Shown here: piece after piece, positions 12,001 through 18,754 of the stretch
Position numbering within the stretch: position 1 is the stretch's first letter
How the letters are laid out: every line of letters begins with the position of its first letter
From: Candidatus Gottesmanbacteria bacterium UBA5942
Lineage (GTDB): Bacteria > Patescibacteriota > Microgenomatia > UBA10105 > UBA927
DNA length: 64,000 nucleotides
Direction of reading: 5' to 3'
NCBI GenBank assembly: GCA_002430725.1
Contig: DJCU01000008.1
Coordinates: 393-64,392 of the forward strand
Translations under genes and position numbers: made by a program
The notes under the pieces: generated by a model
The model's input: the letters and a program-made list of their open reading frames with translations, nothing else
The model's database searches: none
Told to the model about the DNA's origin: nothing

Positions 12001-12740
12001 AAGGTGACCGATGCGATAGCTATGCAGTCGCGGGAGCAACAAATATTAATGCACATGTGAGTGTCGATGGCATGCCGATTAGCTGTAATGCAGAGGGAAA
12101 TGTGGTCGTTGCTGATGGGCTTAATAAACGCGTAAATGTCATTACAGGTGTCAATAATATTAAAAATCAGGTATATGACGCGTTAGCATTACTTCCTCCA
12201 GGGTTGATGAAAAAAGATTTTGAGATAGTGGTGTATCCTTCTGGCATTCTTTATGGGGATGACTTAAGTTGGCAATCACTTTGGCAGCGGGTGCTTGGTA
12301 GTGGACGAGACAATATAGGTGGTGTTGATAATCAAACGTTTCCATATCATCGGCGTATATTGCTTACCGAGCAGCAGCCAGAGTTGATGTCGTATGCAGT
12401 GATACATGAGGTAATGCACGCGTATGCGGTTGATCAGCTCACCATACCAGCGTTTGTGCCGCTTGCCGGATTTTATAATATGTTTTCAGTAGGGCAGCAT
12501 AGCAATACTCCAGTCGGATTTCACACAATGATAGGGTGTAAACCAGATGGTTCGTATGATGGTGTACCGTTTAGCGATTATCCCAATCCTGACTGCGCAG
12601 AGGAGTTTGCTGAAGAGGGTGCAGGGTACGTGTTTAAGGCGTGCGAGCTTAAGGCATACAACGAAGATCGGTATAACTACTTCAAAAACGAAGTTTTTGA
12701 TGGTCGAGAGTACCTTCCACCTCAGGGCTGCGTGAATTGA
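3..12740 (+). CDS. Giant multidomain protein, 5'-partial (>4245 aa): SecA-like ATPase, GNAT, 2 GGDEF-like, FHA-like, HEXXH peptidase, PP2C phosphatase, TM + Cys-rich region, C-terminal HEXXH zincin
   Basis: The frame is open from position 3 (RYAIEFSNLPY...PGQPM), so the true start is upstream of the window; ends TGA at 12738-12740. SecA motifs: ELPTGTGKT, ANADLAQRD, DEGD..L.EA.TP, ALEAKHG, FTGTA, GRGVNF, QVRGRVAR, YLSLSD, DPEIYYQRES. Also FYERAGF (GNAT), RVAGDTF and RKGGDF, HELTH, GQD/DGVS/IGD/GSDA/DDDVS (PP2C), HEVMH..EEFAE. Confidence 0.9.
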   Translation, partial: RYAIEFSNLPYVSLTDAKKDVLTLEQKYPGQPMVSREYVLRNKDTAGKRPYRVVTVPFDVYVNDIYLANKVSAGITDLEIDIFQLGVGRLFVPISEISGTQLADYARYLEYARNPTAWRFMIEQMWKKDVFDIRSSTRQVVEFTRSLNVKNVGPLLGRAWKQTSAGITAASSRISQRFNTLGIRILPLPRVQVVDSIGTNGRTVQSSVRFDKGAQDALVADLQRTYQTEFGFIESVEKARIQSAEVTTDSLINSVIVEARTVMASGTSKEIEELALHTVIAFERLLSDKKQISSFTDAQLLAIRKAIFSKSIAIELPTGTGKTYATACVALIRALMGQPVLVSSANADLAQRDLADVGELFRPFRISSGFAAKGKSLNPSIRITYGKLSDIVAASGRALRTGVDIDINAYTLLPDEGDKSLLQEALTPIVEVEAAQGESAGLTSEEELLIVTMARNTQQMVTEGGYVIPDEQQEILSLLTPEANEKLDTYKPDAMSEEKFIEYKEFARRAAFMREGKDYLYDQYTGEITLLDNEQLADLDKKFQSGIQWALEAKHGRTSGFSVVNDEVRDKHTTMAFVRQVGSVIVFTGTAYEEIDELETYYDLEYASIPQPLWISIARQPQGTDRLRLVEYFDQASGIWLNAIIENQQGQWVIIEKDRIDYEPRLFVTEDAKLHAIQSDAEVLRNSGRAVLVASQNEASMDNIASLIPNAISISERERDEKRQNIEISGHSGNVAIGSANIGRGVNFQPDEQVQQAGGFYEMITGIMKPSTLSQVRGRVARLSPVRQGAYQARAWGATRQYLSLSDIASILGSTDARVRELAYPSGEITKNDPRYPKMVKLIREAELKIQEREKVARAAQFYADHATDEIGHVQRHLALSGFGAARQTIDWLLRRIAHETNSALKKSYLHSAEEVWKQYLAELEVLKTTAWAGAQSEKIDPEIYYQRESSTLLRNMIAVLADVVPATVIAPTIPILSDDVCMGSKANCVVEAVITERVIDAIQSNNMTDTEKIQALQAYKLTERDLPAHQLAIHDATIAIALAELDVAQGASARSAINRALQSLNARLQARPAPDDAALLERTREVLEQIRGAMPEGSSLMDRVRDWMPAPTTILQSNPILAQFAKYFTFGSNIIDTDVTTVSSIQAEVTLVATTRAEADRYRSTLKATYPRFLLETLPTGDDNQFFFVRNASGETVGFIVYQTANEVVELRNLIIDPQYQNQSYGTNVLAVLKEQFNEIRLTPVPHYVAEGVEVDDAYDALVRFYERAGFIKQTVIENRFEVEKYVWRSPSVQRLTDMRPATGRERVLDGARALERTYSPLTRSAKQAVRSAATWINDRMCGGAAFRFIRPVFAQLGSPSGNTSCPAGSVVNTIAPVAEAAMDAPVVTMMNALGFEEPIAQIPTTRGVGFFTRTMRYQGSIASEESVFGVIMEKTIDGVPTGKWILNVMATDELSLPPVNGEKTKALDAWYLTDGSEFRVGTNEYRVRVIDGMLYVYHTNPRNPQGAEGDAMVVVADLYGINPFVELADRPVARDWFEGFVKNRVIDAGLARILPVPVISDDIKIGENQNTNVVSPGRREEIVASLRRTRDPLQVLSSFLFIRMVKAGYHILIADIDSLYRANQTGVTPYGVTGDILLHDIAEALGELNREFGIDIELRVAGDTFALVSKEPLPSDMADRVKNRIQQVRGLYGGRGDIISYEPARVKVLSTRGDEWIGFSERDPSIPHTVRRERLVRIHPEVGMFFDELDASSVSQGQKEAYLQFIEEALLDPVLFTGAQDAGVESFVHRNDYLDHLVPHMIDTFGKSESDGKNAYLVRISVSGVLKLLNDRFGDAAGNVFIRHLFDRIIAVNKQLEVGDLAWYDLYRKGGDFELTIVGDEAQAQALINALTQALAGTYTEGGHVYNLQPTVVSKIIDMQTIDGQTVVDKAELEARFGAVESDLAQAEWYETVRRQTNLMFVDDSELQTALSYYDPYDKRGAVRLWKLGLVEDADVEVFKQMYVDPASQKRWYSGLFEWVYWKLPPGFRSRFASTLMPARERIRAGMLPRAKAFLTDYLVRYVAGYDRSDSVLIADRAEHTMLNFRLELERLVAEGEALQRTITPSTDDVIMRAIQSEITEISRQIDAHIRTIFTDFTDEQLRQYKIDRNIQQRLMGPASGTLVTPPTNQQFNVRGTLRNPAAADAKRVLVDELGVLTEEQLRERTQKLVTVSPLTIIKDSMFPSQENRNTYMKSLGVTRLSAFGEVIFRLVNLYSGLFERGHFDDRTGQQYVVPMTGLSALFIAAGVYVLLHLAAPPLAIVTAIAGVLMFILPAWQLITFPNAYYHELTHALNITQDKQFVSYSESQGSDLANEIFTDYFTRRVTEQSQTFFGKIAHLSYRMFGNNYGGKMSWIPLLLDELDKGEVPGTAERMLAHSYFAKPGAENDFQELLQRKLGNERAANVIAAIKTVYDAGSMSKDDLLKTNAIKNILETRVQQGNEVEATAYLQELEALVARGEALRTSILPSMTSEGRVPIEEEIAEISRQIDTLIRGANPAFDDVALRQYKIDRNIQQRLMGPASGMLMAPATPLVDQYVATPVNSVGVAKAKASKAGLMHNGVRQLADGSTMTIGGQDVIIRSTRTAVIVDGVSNSIRNDQGENYFDQEVQDEAMVRALAVYGAVLRAFDELDLDGADPSNRVGDIVTLIERHLSTIVPASSPTNRPAQTTISVHHAVQTPTGWKIVSFRIGDQSVFTVSPEEIGEVSPPNNFHTALNEMSGAEVQLVDVLEAWKALPLEMKRLYQTRTTNLPQMIEEGYAGTVDISAIPVGGFVIVGSDALRSLFADRPSLVGALHSELKGVISAQEAESRIVAFLDRYSNLYDQIDDDVSFIVFAQTPEGVLDNGVSIAASPRTLETSVGITSERPVLGEVKVDGLTLGYFSVTDTQAYLTGNTIPIWVNNKRYDPHTETHAGMASIEVGDTVTFVPKTTKNVILYVVDVDTQGHMILRHANQRPGKNGDNIDFSTESLRVVPAGSRYNYERAFAAWNVTSNEDKTAFLTAVATLIDTLPEKTIFPDGDDQIFRVTGSINRTFAQLEFDGVMREILSQLRPGESVSLRVIHPDGVVIGDTAIVKESVDVELGTITLRDDGIAEFQMGKIKRLSSRFRTENVAVPEALSYSPEQVLAVMIAALVKPSCYVDVGVQHKVYAQSKNPETVGSVCLLAARSLMSAVRSAERGQFWRSMQQWWHEQQVMWNVLLGRQREPVSFQDTLDVEPAIELEATSEAREAVIRLSEITETTRDAEFMDIINLPELSVRDAFRRQFDTDMTAFLGYMWLYGQQEGMLTAIEKQTATINFLTMLRDRYSVTLQAAQPFFYRELTEGHEQDANPADFLISDALVTLIASSPTARDVYAVWQEMAKDTNQDVRSLQENEWLVPHPFDDGKEIRVTHEETYVEVTNGDAVVRLPIDNTYHPSIQEVADSVDVLEPGIRVSLHTDGTAALFVMAYQHSIVWDDEYEIRFSTDRRGNLYKKGAKQAGKITVWPRYTEEFAEIITPPLAFDVAHINGTYFVQKMPSIRLHEGFEVMKPDGSLYSLQVGDEVSEMGVSDTYTITDAPFDWKAIGDANKWVSIYVSPLRERGFEGRIWVDAANPVIRHVSSPVDPSTENMSSVVQSIRIRIPAIVEKNKAISQAQATTTTDALNNVTQAITGVFTNPDCYAMRSEYVAYAAETTRDGTCPTWGKSPRRVVRGMRNRSERERMDADARSYVRMLILAVPPIGFLVDGAIKAGIWYVTAPPPPPVTPQCTLGSCAVNGLCPAGQQCSATGCCTQLSAYEDFVCSVDKQYLLKRTMIAPGGFSIDINASFRCLDGCVNNDCAQKAQMTFPEQCTDAMKRTPLLYGFDSNYGAMNSCLAIDDLATMSYYREFTCSTDGLSVIERATGNVVRTCLGNQTCKQSGDIADCLGPVGYVRPQNAIIDMVCQGNDVYLFDSDTQTFTQHVASCPVRGCQQGACIAYEGDRCDSYAVAGATNINAHVSVDGMPISCNAEGNVVVADGLNKRVNVITGVNNIKNQVYDALALLPPGLMKKDFEIVVYPSGILYGDDLSWQSLWQRVLGSGRDNIGGVDNQTFPYHRRILLTEQQPELMSYAVIHEVMHAYAVDQLTIPAFVPLAGFYNMFSVGQHSNTPVGFHTMIGCKPDGSYDGVPFSDYPNPDCAEEFAEEGAGYVFKACELKAYNEDRYNYFKNEVFDGREYLPPQGCVN
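6435..6490 (+). repeat. 56-bp direct repeat, copy 1 (encodes RQYKIDRNIQQRLMGPASG)
   Basis: cgtcagtacaagattgaccggaatatccaacaacgtttgatgggccccgcaagcgg; 54/56 identical to 7644-7699. Confidence 0.95.
7644..7699 (+). repeat. 56-bp direct repeat, copy 2
   Basis: cgtcagtacaagattgaccggaatatccaacagcgcttgatgggccccgcaagcgg; two synonymous differences from copy 1. Confidence 0.95.
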
Positions 12741-13555
12741 GCAAATATTTCCTCATTGTTAGCAAATGAGAATACATATTCAGGTTCGATAGCATGTTGC
12801 GTTCGATAAGTGGTTATCGCTTTCAATTTCTTGCGTTTTTCGAGTTTGTTTAGGTGTATGCGCATGAGCGGGGTATCGTTTGCAAACAAAGGCGCTGCGT
12901 CATTATGGATGACGTAGGTGAGTAATTGTCCCTGGTAGGCGATATGCTCCATAGCATCATCGACAAATTTTCGGGCGATGATGTGATCGAGTGCAGTGTC
13001 ACCTGTATCAGGTACGACAATAAGCGTTGGTTTTGTGCGTGTTATGGTAGTCGCAATATCGTTAGTCATTGCAGCATTGGCATAGGGCATACCTGTTTCC
13101 GGAGATGCTGAAAGACCGGTGTACCGGCTAGAAAAGGGGCTACCATCGTGGGTATTGTACACTTCTTCAAGTAGGCCATCCGGATACCCTAAAAATGTGA
13201 TATTGTGCCGAGAAAGTCCGAGGATATGTGTCGCACGGTATTCTTCTTTTTTACGAGCGTTACCAAGACGTAGATAGTCATCTGTTGTGAGCGATGTTGC
13301 GGGTTTTTTAGATAGATATGCTGCAGCATCTGTGTATGCTTCACCATGAGTTAGCTCGAGAATATGTATAGATTGTCCTTTGGTAATGGCTTGTTGTATG
13401 AAGCCAGCACAGCAAAGCACCGCATCATCAGGATGGGGGGCAATTATGAGAATATCAGCGCGTTGTGAAGTCGCCTGGGAAGATAAAAAGAGTGGGAAAA
13501 TACTAGCGAAGAATAGTGCTACAGAAAGCCATAAATATCGCGTATCGTAAAGCAT
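12722..13555 (-). CDS. PIG-L/LmbE family de-N-acetylase with N-terminal signal/TM segment
   Basis: IIAPHPDDAVL, LTHGE, R..E...A...LG, FLGYPDG, LDH and K..AI..Y.TQ motifs; hydrophobic N-terminus. Confidence 0.85.
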   Translation of the reverse strand: MLYDTRYLWLSVALFFASIFPLFLSSQATSQRADILIIAPHPDDAVLCCAGFIQQAITKGQSIHILELTHGEAYTDAAAYLSKKPATSLTTDDYLRLGNARKKEEYRATHILGLSRHNITFLGYPDGLLEEVYNTHDGSPFSSRYTGLSASPETGMPYANAAMTNDIATTITRTKPTLIVVPDTGDTALDHIIARKFVDDAMEHIAYQGQLLTYVIHNDAAPLFANDTPLMRIHLNKLEKRKKLKAITTYRTQHAIEPEYVFSFANNEEIFAQFTQP

Positions 13556-13564
13556 AGCATGTCG

Positions 13565-15952
13565 TTATTGCTGTTTTTTTCGTAGTGCAAAAATAAGCAA
13601 GAAAAGTGTAACGATGCCAACAACAAAAAGTAATTTTTTGGTGACTGTTGGCTGATAGGTAAATGTGATGGTGTGTTCTCCTTGTTCCTCAACCATTACC
13701 GCGGTGTAAAACGGAAATACTGCAAACGATTGCGCCTGTTTTCCGTTCACCGTTATGTGCCACGAAGGGTGAAATGACTGCCGGAGGATGACGATACAGG
13801 ATGGACAAGGTGTCGTGTTTACGATGGTCGCATGAAATTCCATGTCAGTGCTGTAGCCTTGGTTGGTAATGCGTGGTATAGCACTCGGTGTTCCTTGCGG
13901 GTTTGCGTAGCGGGGCGTTTCTGCAAATAGATTGTGGAGTGAACCGTCTGGTACTTTGTAAGTAGCCTCATCGAGCATGCGGAAGTTAGGGAGTCCTGTG
14001 GGGCGTGGATAGTTTCGGTCAAAGGTAAGTTCGGGATAGAGAAAAGCTTTCGGAGCATCTGAATGCATCCAAAGCCGTATGAGGCTTCGATAATTTGATT
14101 TATCAGCAGAAACTATCGCTGGTTTTATTCCGGTGGTGATATAGCCCATCGAGGAGTTGTATGATTGCCCGCCTGCTATGGAGTCAGGTTGTATTGTTTT
14201 ATTATTATTTTCGTTGTTTTCATTAACCGTCACCTCATAGAATTTCCATGTTGCACCGGTTTCTATAAGCTTCCAGAAGGGCTGGATTGCGTCAGATGGG
14301 AGATTAGCCGGTGTTACGACATATCGGACGTTGTAGAGCGAGTAGTGAGCGATATTTTGTTCGGAAAAGTATTGTTCGGTGTCGGAGTTAGGTGACCATG
14401 TTTCCGGCAGCCAAAGGATAACTGGAATACCATAGGTTGATAGGTGCATATATAGAGGAGTTTCTGCAATCCGGAACTCCTTGCCCCAGTTGCCCCCGCG
14501 ACCTGCAAATACTCGACCTGGTTTTTCTACCATTTTTTGAGTGAGTATGGAGAATAAACGGTCGGTATCAGCGGCATTCTTGACGTAGTTTTCGTTGGCG
14601 CGTGAGATGAGAATGTCATTGTGTGACGCGTACCGGAGGCTTTGGGGGAAAACGAAAATAACGAAAATAACGAGTATGACTAAATACGAGAACAACGAAA
14701 GTGACAGCATACGAGAGCGATATAGGCGTGAAAAATAAGAGGAGGTTGTTTGGATAAGCCAATCTATACCAGTAGCGATAAGGAAAAGTCCTGCGGTATG
14801 AACACCGACAATAAATCGAGAAATATGAAAATCATCCATGCCCGGGATAATGCTCATGAGGCTTCCCCATGTTGTACGGCCAAAATACATAAGAAGCCAG
14901 AAAGCAAAGAGAAACGCAAATGGCGTATAGCGTGAGGTAATAAGAGCGGAAAATAAGCCAACAAATACCCCAATGGTAAGAATAGGGAAGCGACCAAAAT
15001 CGAAAAGATCACCGTTTAGTAGATTTTTGAGCACTTCGCGATAGCCGAAAGAATTAAATTTCCATATACCGTCCCATACAGAAATGTTGTGATAATTACC
15101 ATCTTTCAGGATGGGAAGTATCCAGTAGCCGAGGAGCAGTCCAACAATGCCAAAAATTATTAATACACGTGTGAGCGTAGTAACAAGTTTTCTTGTTGTT
15201 TCTTTGTTCCATTCATGAGTGAGTAGAGATTGTAAAGATGGGCTAATAGCGATGATGCCTACGCTAAGAAAAGCGATGATGCCTAAGCCCAAATGTCCTG
15301 CGGTGGTAAAGCTGAGGAACAGGGTTGTATAGATATAATCTCTCCGCGTTACATTGCTCGTACATAATCGAAATGCATAAGAAAGCGCCAGAGGAAGCCA
15401 TAACATGGCAAATAGTTGGCTGGTAAGTCCGTACCCTCGCCACAGAAATGATGGGGTGTCTAAGCCATACAGTCCATCGGTTGAAAGGTGCGAGGCTATT
15501 ATTGCACCTATGCCTGCAGTGGCCATGGGAAGCCCCGCAACCCGAAGGGTTATAAATATTGAAAGGGGAAATAGAGAGAGGAGTAAATAGATGACCCAGT
15601 GATAATAGGTAAACAGTGATACCGATAGACCAATCGCTGAAAGCAGTCGGTATGTTGCTACGATGGTGATTTGGGGTATATGAGAGTAGTAGTAAGGGAG
15701 GTTATATCCCTGTGCCCAGTTTGGCACCCAGTGATCTATAAGGTAAAACGTCATGCAAAAAGGCGCAGTAATGCCAGAACACTTTTGTTGTGCATAAGAC
15801 CATATTTGGTTTGTTCTATCAACTAAAGCGAACTGGAACGTATTATCGTTTGGGTCGATGAGCGCGGTGGGTTCAGTTCGGTAAACCCAAAGGTTAAACC
15901 CTATGGCAAAGAGAACGAAGCATAGGCCAATTATTTTTTCGTAGGACTTCAT
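13565..15952 (-). CDS. Polytopic GT-C-type glycosyltransferase (PTPS-related/YfhO-like membrane protein)
   Basis: DPNDNTFQ loop, WVPNWAQGYNLPYYY, many TM helices, YfhO-like C-terminus (LRQSFHPSWHITVNG...GEHTITFTY + TM). Confidence 0.75.
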   Translation of the reverse strand: MKSYEKIIGLCFVLFAIGFNLWVYRTEPTALIDPNDNTFQFALVDRTNQIWSYAQQKCSGITAPFCMTFYLIDHWVPNWAQGYNLPYYYSHIPQITIVATYRLLSAIGLSVSLFTYYHWVIYLLLSLFPLSIFITLRVAGLPMATAGIGAIIASHLSTDGLYGLDTPSFLWRGYGLTSQLFAMLWLPLALSYAFRLCTSNVTRRDYIYTTLFLSFTTAGHLGLGIIAFLSVGIIAISPSLQSLLTHEWNKETTRKLVTTLTRVLIIFGIVGLLLGYWILPILKDGNYHNISVWDGIWKFNSFGYREVLKNLLNGDLFDFGRFPILTIGVFVGLFSALITSRYTPFAFLFAFWLLMYFGRTTWGSLMSIIPGMDDFHISRFIVGVHTAGLFLIATGIDWLIQTTSSYFSRLYRSRMLSLSLFSYLVILVIFVIFVFPQSLRYASHNDILISRANENYVKNAADTDRLFSILTQKMVEKPGRVFAGRGGNWGKEFRIAETPLYMHLSTYGIPVILWLPETWSPNSDTEQYFSEQNIAHYSLYNVRYVVTPANLPSDAIQPFWKLIETGATWKFYEVTVNENNENNNKTIQPDSIAGGQSYNSSMGYITTGIKPAIVSADKSNYRSLIRLWMHSDAPKAFLYPELTFDRNYPRPTGLPNFRMLDEATYKVPDGSLHNLFAETPRYANPQGTPSAIPRITNQGYSTDMEFHATIVNTTPCPSCIVILRQSFHPSWHITVNGKQAQSFAVFPFYTAVMVEEQGEHTITFTYQPTVTKKLLFVVGIVTLFLLIFALRKKQQ

Positions 15953-15954
15953 AT

Positions 15955-15982
15955 ATTTACCATTAACAATTTACTATTTACC
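15955..15982. repeat. Degenerate heptamer tandem repeat (atttacc attaaca atttact atttacc)
   Basis: Four 7-nt units immediately upstream of the 15952 start codon. Confidence 0.6.
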
Positions 15983-16005
15983 AGATACCCCAAAACTTTC
16001 ATAAT

Positions 16006-17856
16006 TTATGGCCAGAGCATTGGGTTTAGCCAATCTGTATGGTCATCATAGTTATTATCTCCTGCGTCTTTTGTGACAAGCCACAAATGGCGTACGCCTT
16101 TGATATCTACCTCAGCATGCTTGGGGAGGTCAAATCGCCCCATGATAGGCGACCGATGGAGAAGTTTGCCGTCTCCATAGATTTCAAATACTGCTGAGGC
16201 TTTTGTCCCTGCTTCAGTGTCTATACCGTAATCTACCGTAAATCGAGTAAATTTTCCCGCGATGTCAAATACATATTTTGAGTTTGCATGCGTCCCGATG
16301 CCATGGGTATAGAAAAGATATTGAACCGAAAGACGTGTCCATTTGTAAGGGCCGCCAAACGAGCTCTGGACAGACCTGTTTATCTGACGAGTTCCGTATG
16401 CCTGCTCGCTGATAAATGGCGAGAAAAATGTGAGTGACACCGGCTTTTTTTGGATTATTGGCATATTCATGCCAACAATTGCAGTTGTCCAAATAAGAGC
16501 TACAAGGATTAATATTTTTCTACTCGTTATTGATTGTTTTACAAGTGAAAAGAGAAATAATCCAAATAAGCCAATGAGAATCCAAGCAGTTATGAGCGTT
16601 GCCATCGGGTGTGTGAGGAGCGAGAGTAATGGAAGACCGTTTTGCGGATAATTTACGACAAGTGCAGTATGAAGGTTATAAAAATAAAATACTGAAAAGC
16701 CAGCGTATAAACTACCTAACAGTTGAATTCGTTTTGTGACGTATCGTGATCCTCCCTGGGTGACAAAAAAAGGCGACCACAAAAGGAGAAATACCGAAAG
16801 TGGGAATGCGTAGCGGTCGTGGGATTGCGTCTGGAAAAGAAAAAATGCGGCATTAGCAATAATGAGACTTTCAATGAATGTTTGGAGTATGGATGATGTG
16901 TGTGTTTTGGCTTTATCAAACAACTGGCGAACTACCGCAAAAAGGTATAGTGAGCTAAATATAGTGAGCCCTACTGTTTTTGCATTGAGTATGCCCAGCA
17001 CAGTGAGTTTATCTGAGGTGATCAGACCTCGGGCCCCTGACACAATCCACCACAGGTTGTATGCCATGAGGCTCATCCATGGGAAGTAATCGTAATTTTC
17101 GGTGAGGGAGGCAAGTACGCGATCAGCGTTTTTCGTCAGTATAAATTCTGCGTTGAGACCAAAAAATCCCAAAGCGGCACCACTTATTGCTGTCATAAGT
17201 CCGGTGTATCCCAAATGTTGCCATAGAAAGAGGAAAAAAATAGGAGCGTAAATCATGTTTTGGAGCTTGGTCATCATAGCGAGCATAAATACGACCCCCG
17301 CCCATAATGGTTGTTTTTTGAGTGCCAACATAACTGCGCCCAAAAAAATGCACACACCGAGCGAATCTACCTGTCCCCACCACGCACCATCCATAATGGA
17401 GATGGGATTAAGTAAATAAACAACCGCCAGTAATTCGTAGAATGAGAGGCCCAAGAGCGAAAAATTAACGTCAGGAAACCCAAAGCGCCCGGTTGTCGAT
17501 TTACTGCGCCTGCCGATAGAAAGGATAAACGCTGCAATGCCAAAGTCCGCGAGAATAGGCAGCATTTTACTGACGGTCAAAAATAATACGTTGGTATTGC
17601 TCCAAAACTCTTGAAAATTATGCGGGTCAGCAAAGAGTCCGTATGTCCACACTATTGCGCCTAATGTATAGGTAAATGGAGTCGGATAGTTGTTGTTGGT
17701 GAGCTTTAGTCCTTCGACCGCACCGTAGTCTACGGTTGCTAGCCCCCATGATTTCCAAAACGAAACATCAGCTTCAAATCCCGGATTAGGGATAAGGATA
17801 ATCCTGACAATTAGGGCAAGCCCAATAAACAGCAATAATCGGGTTTTGTGTGACAC
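16006..17856 (-). CDS. GT-C-type glycosyltransferase with C-terminal NPCBM/NEW2 carbohydrate-binding domain
   Basis: GFEADV, NNYP, K...ILAD, NP.....AWWGQVDS, HDRY motifs. C-terminal GIGTHANS...GID...SAVFEIYGDGK...DHTDWLNP is NPCBM-like. Confidence 0.8.
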   Translation of the reverse strand: MSHKTRLLLFIGLALIVRIILIPNPGFEADVSFWKSWGLATVDYGAVEGLKLTNNNYPTPFTYTLGAIVWTYGLFADPHNFQEFWSNTNVLFLTVSKMLPILADFGIAAFILSIGRRSKSTTGRFGFPDVNFSLLGLSFYELLAVVYLLNPISIMDGAWWGQVDSLGVCIFLGAVMLALKKQPLWAGVVFMLAMMTKLQNMIYAPIFFLFLWQHLGYTGLMTAISGAALGFFGLNAEFILTKNADRVLASLTENYDYFPWMSLMAYNLWWIVSGARGLITSDKLTVLGILNAKTVGLTIFSSLYLFAVVRQLFDKAKTHTSSILQTFIESLIIANAAFFLFQTQSHDRYAFPLSVFLLLWSPFFVTQGGSRYVTKRIQLLGSLYAGFSVFYFYNLHTALVVNYPQNGLPLLSLLTHPMATLITAWILIGLFGLFLFSLVKQSITSRKILILVALIWTTAIVGMNMPIIQKKPVSLTFFSPFISEQAYGTRQINRSVQSSFGGPYKWTRLSVQYLFYTHGIGTHANSKYVFDIAGKFTRFTVDYGIDTEAGTKASAVFEIYGDGKLLHRSPIMGRFDLPKHAEVDIKGVRHLWLVTKDAGDNNYDDHTDWLNPMLWP

Positions 17857-17891
17857 CTTCTTATCATACGGGAAAACGAGGAGTTATGAAA

Positions 17892-18719
17892 TTACTTTGA
17901 CTGGTCTTTGGGGAGAACAGGATTTTTTTCCCATTCGTATTCTTGACGAAGTTGCTCAAGGCGAGTATTTAAGAGTGTTTGGACTTCAGCTAATGTGTGG
18001 AATGTTCGTTGGAATTGGGATTCGCTCGGTACTGGGAAAAGAGGTTTCCCATCTGGCCCTGTTTTTGCCAGTACTTTGTTGATCAGTTCGTTCTCTATGC
18101 CGATATTTTTTTGTGATTTTCCTTGTCCGAGTCTGAAATTATATTTATAGACAGCGATAGTGAGTAATTGATCTAGATCATATCCCAACGACCCCGCGAT
18201 GCGCTTGAGGTATTCGTTGTATTCTTCCCAGAAGTATTCATCGAGTGTAAGGAGGTGCGAAATGTTATATACGACATCAGCAATTTCAGAAAGAGGAGCA
18301 ACAGGGGAAGGTGGAAGCGTGTTGTTTTCCTTGCTTTGGATAGTCATATCAAACCAATGAGAAATTGAGCTTAGTGCTTCTGGGATTTCCGCAAACATTG
18401 GGCGCGGATGATCCAAATGCCTTGTGTGAATAAGGTTGCCGTCAAAATCACGAGCTTCAGTCACGTCTGATTTTGGACCACCGGTGAGAAACATGATTTT
18501 TGCTTCTGCACGGATTTGTGGCATATTGTATGGTTCGCGGAGGAGTCGGTGTTCTTCTTTGAGGATTTGATCTGAAAGCCAGTAACGCTTATCGTCAGGC
18601 GTCATCGCGTCTATTCTGACGTGATAGTGCAGCTCACTGAAGTTAGGAGCGTGCGGATTAATGATGTCGGGTCCCGGTCGAAACTCGGCAGTTGTCATTT
18701 CAATATGAAAGTGTACCAT
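17892..18719 (-). CDS. Hypothetical protein, possible MazG-like NTP pyrophosphohydrolase fold
   Basis: 275-aa ORF (alternative start 18698); acidic helices AEIPEAL...PLSEIADVVY...AVYKYNFR resemble the MazG E..E / E.AD pattern. Confidence 0.5.
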   Translation of the reverse strand: MVHFHIEMTTAEFRPGPDIINPHAPNFSELHYHVRIDAMTPDDKRYWLSDQILKEEHRLLREPYNMPQIRAEAKIMFLTGGPKSDVTEARDFDGNLIHTRHLDHPRPMFAEIPEALSSISHWFDMTIQSKENNTLPPSPVAPLSEIADVVYNISHLLTLDEYFWEEYNEYLKRIAGSLGYDLDQLLTIAVYKYNFRLGQGKSQKNIGIENELINKVLAKTGPDGKPLFPVPSESQFQRTFHTLAEVQTLLNTRLEQLRQEYEWEKNPVLPKDQSK

Positions 18720-18754
18720 ACTATAGGATTATAAATCAAGTAGGCAAGAATTGC

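Noticed and set aside
314-12735. Numerous short antisense and alternate-frame ORFs inside the giant gene (and similarly inside other genes)
   Set aside because: Shadow ORFs with no recognisable motifs, fully overlapping well-supported genes.
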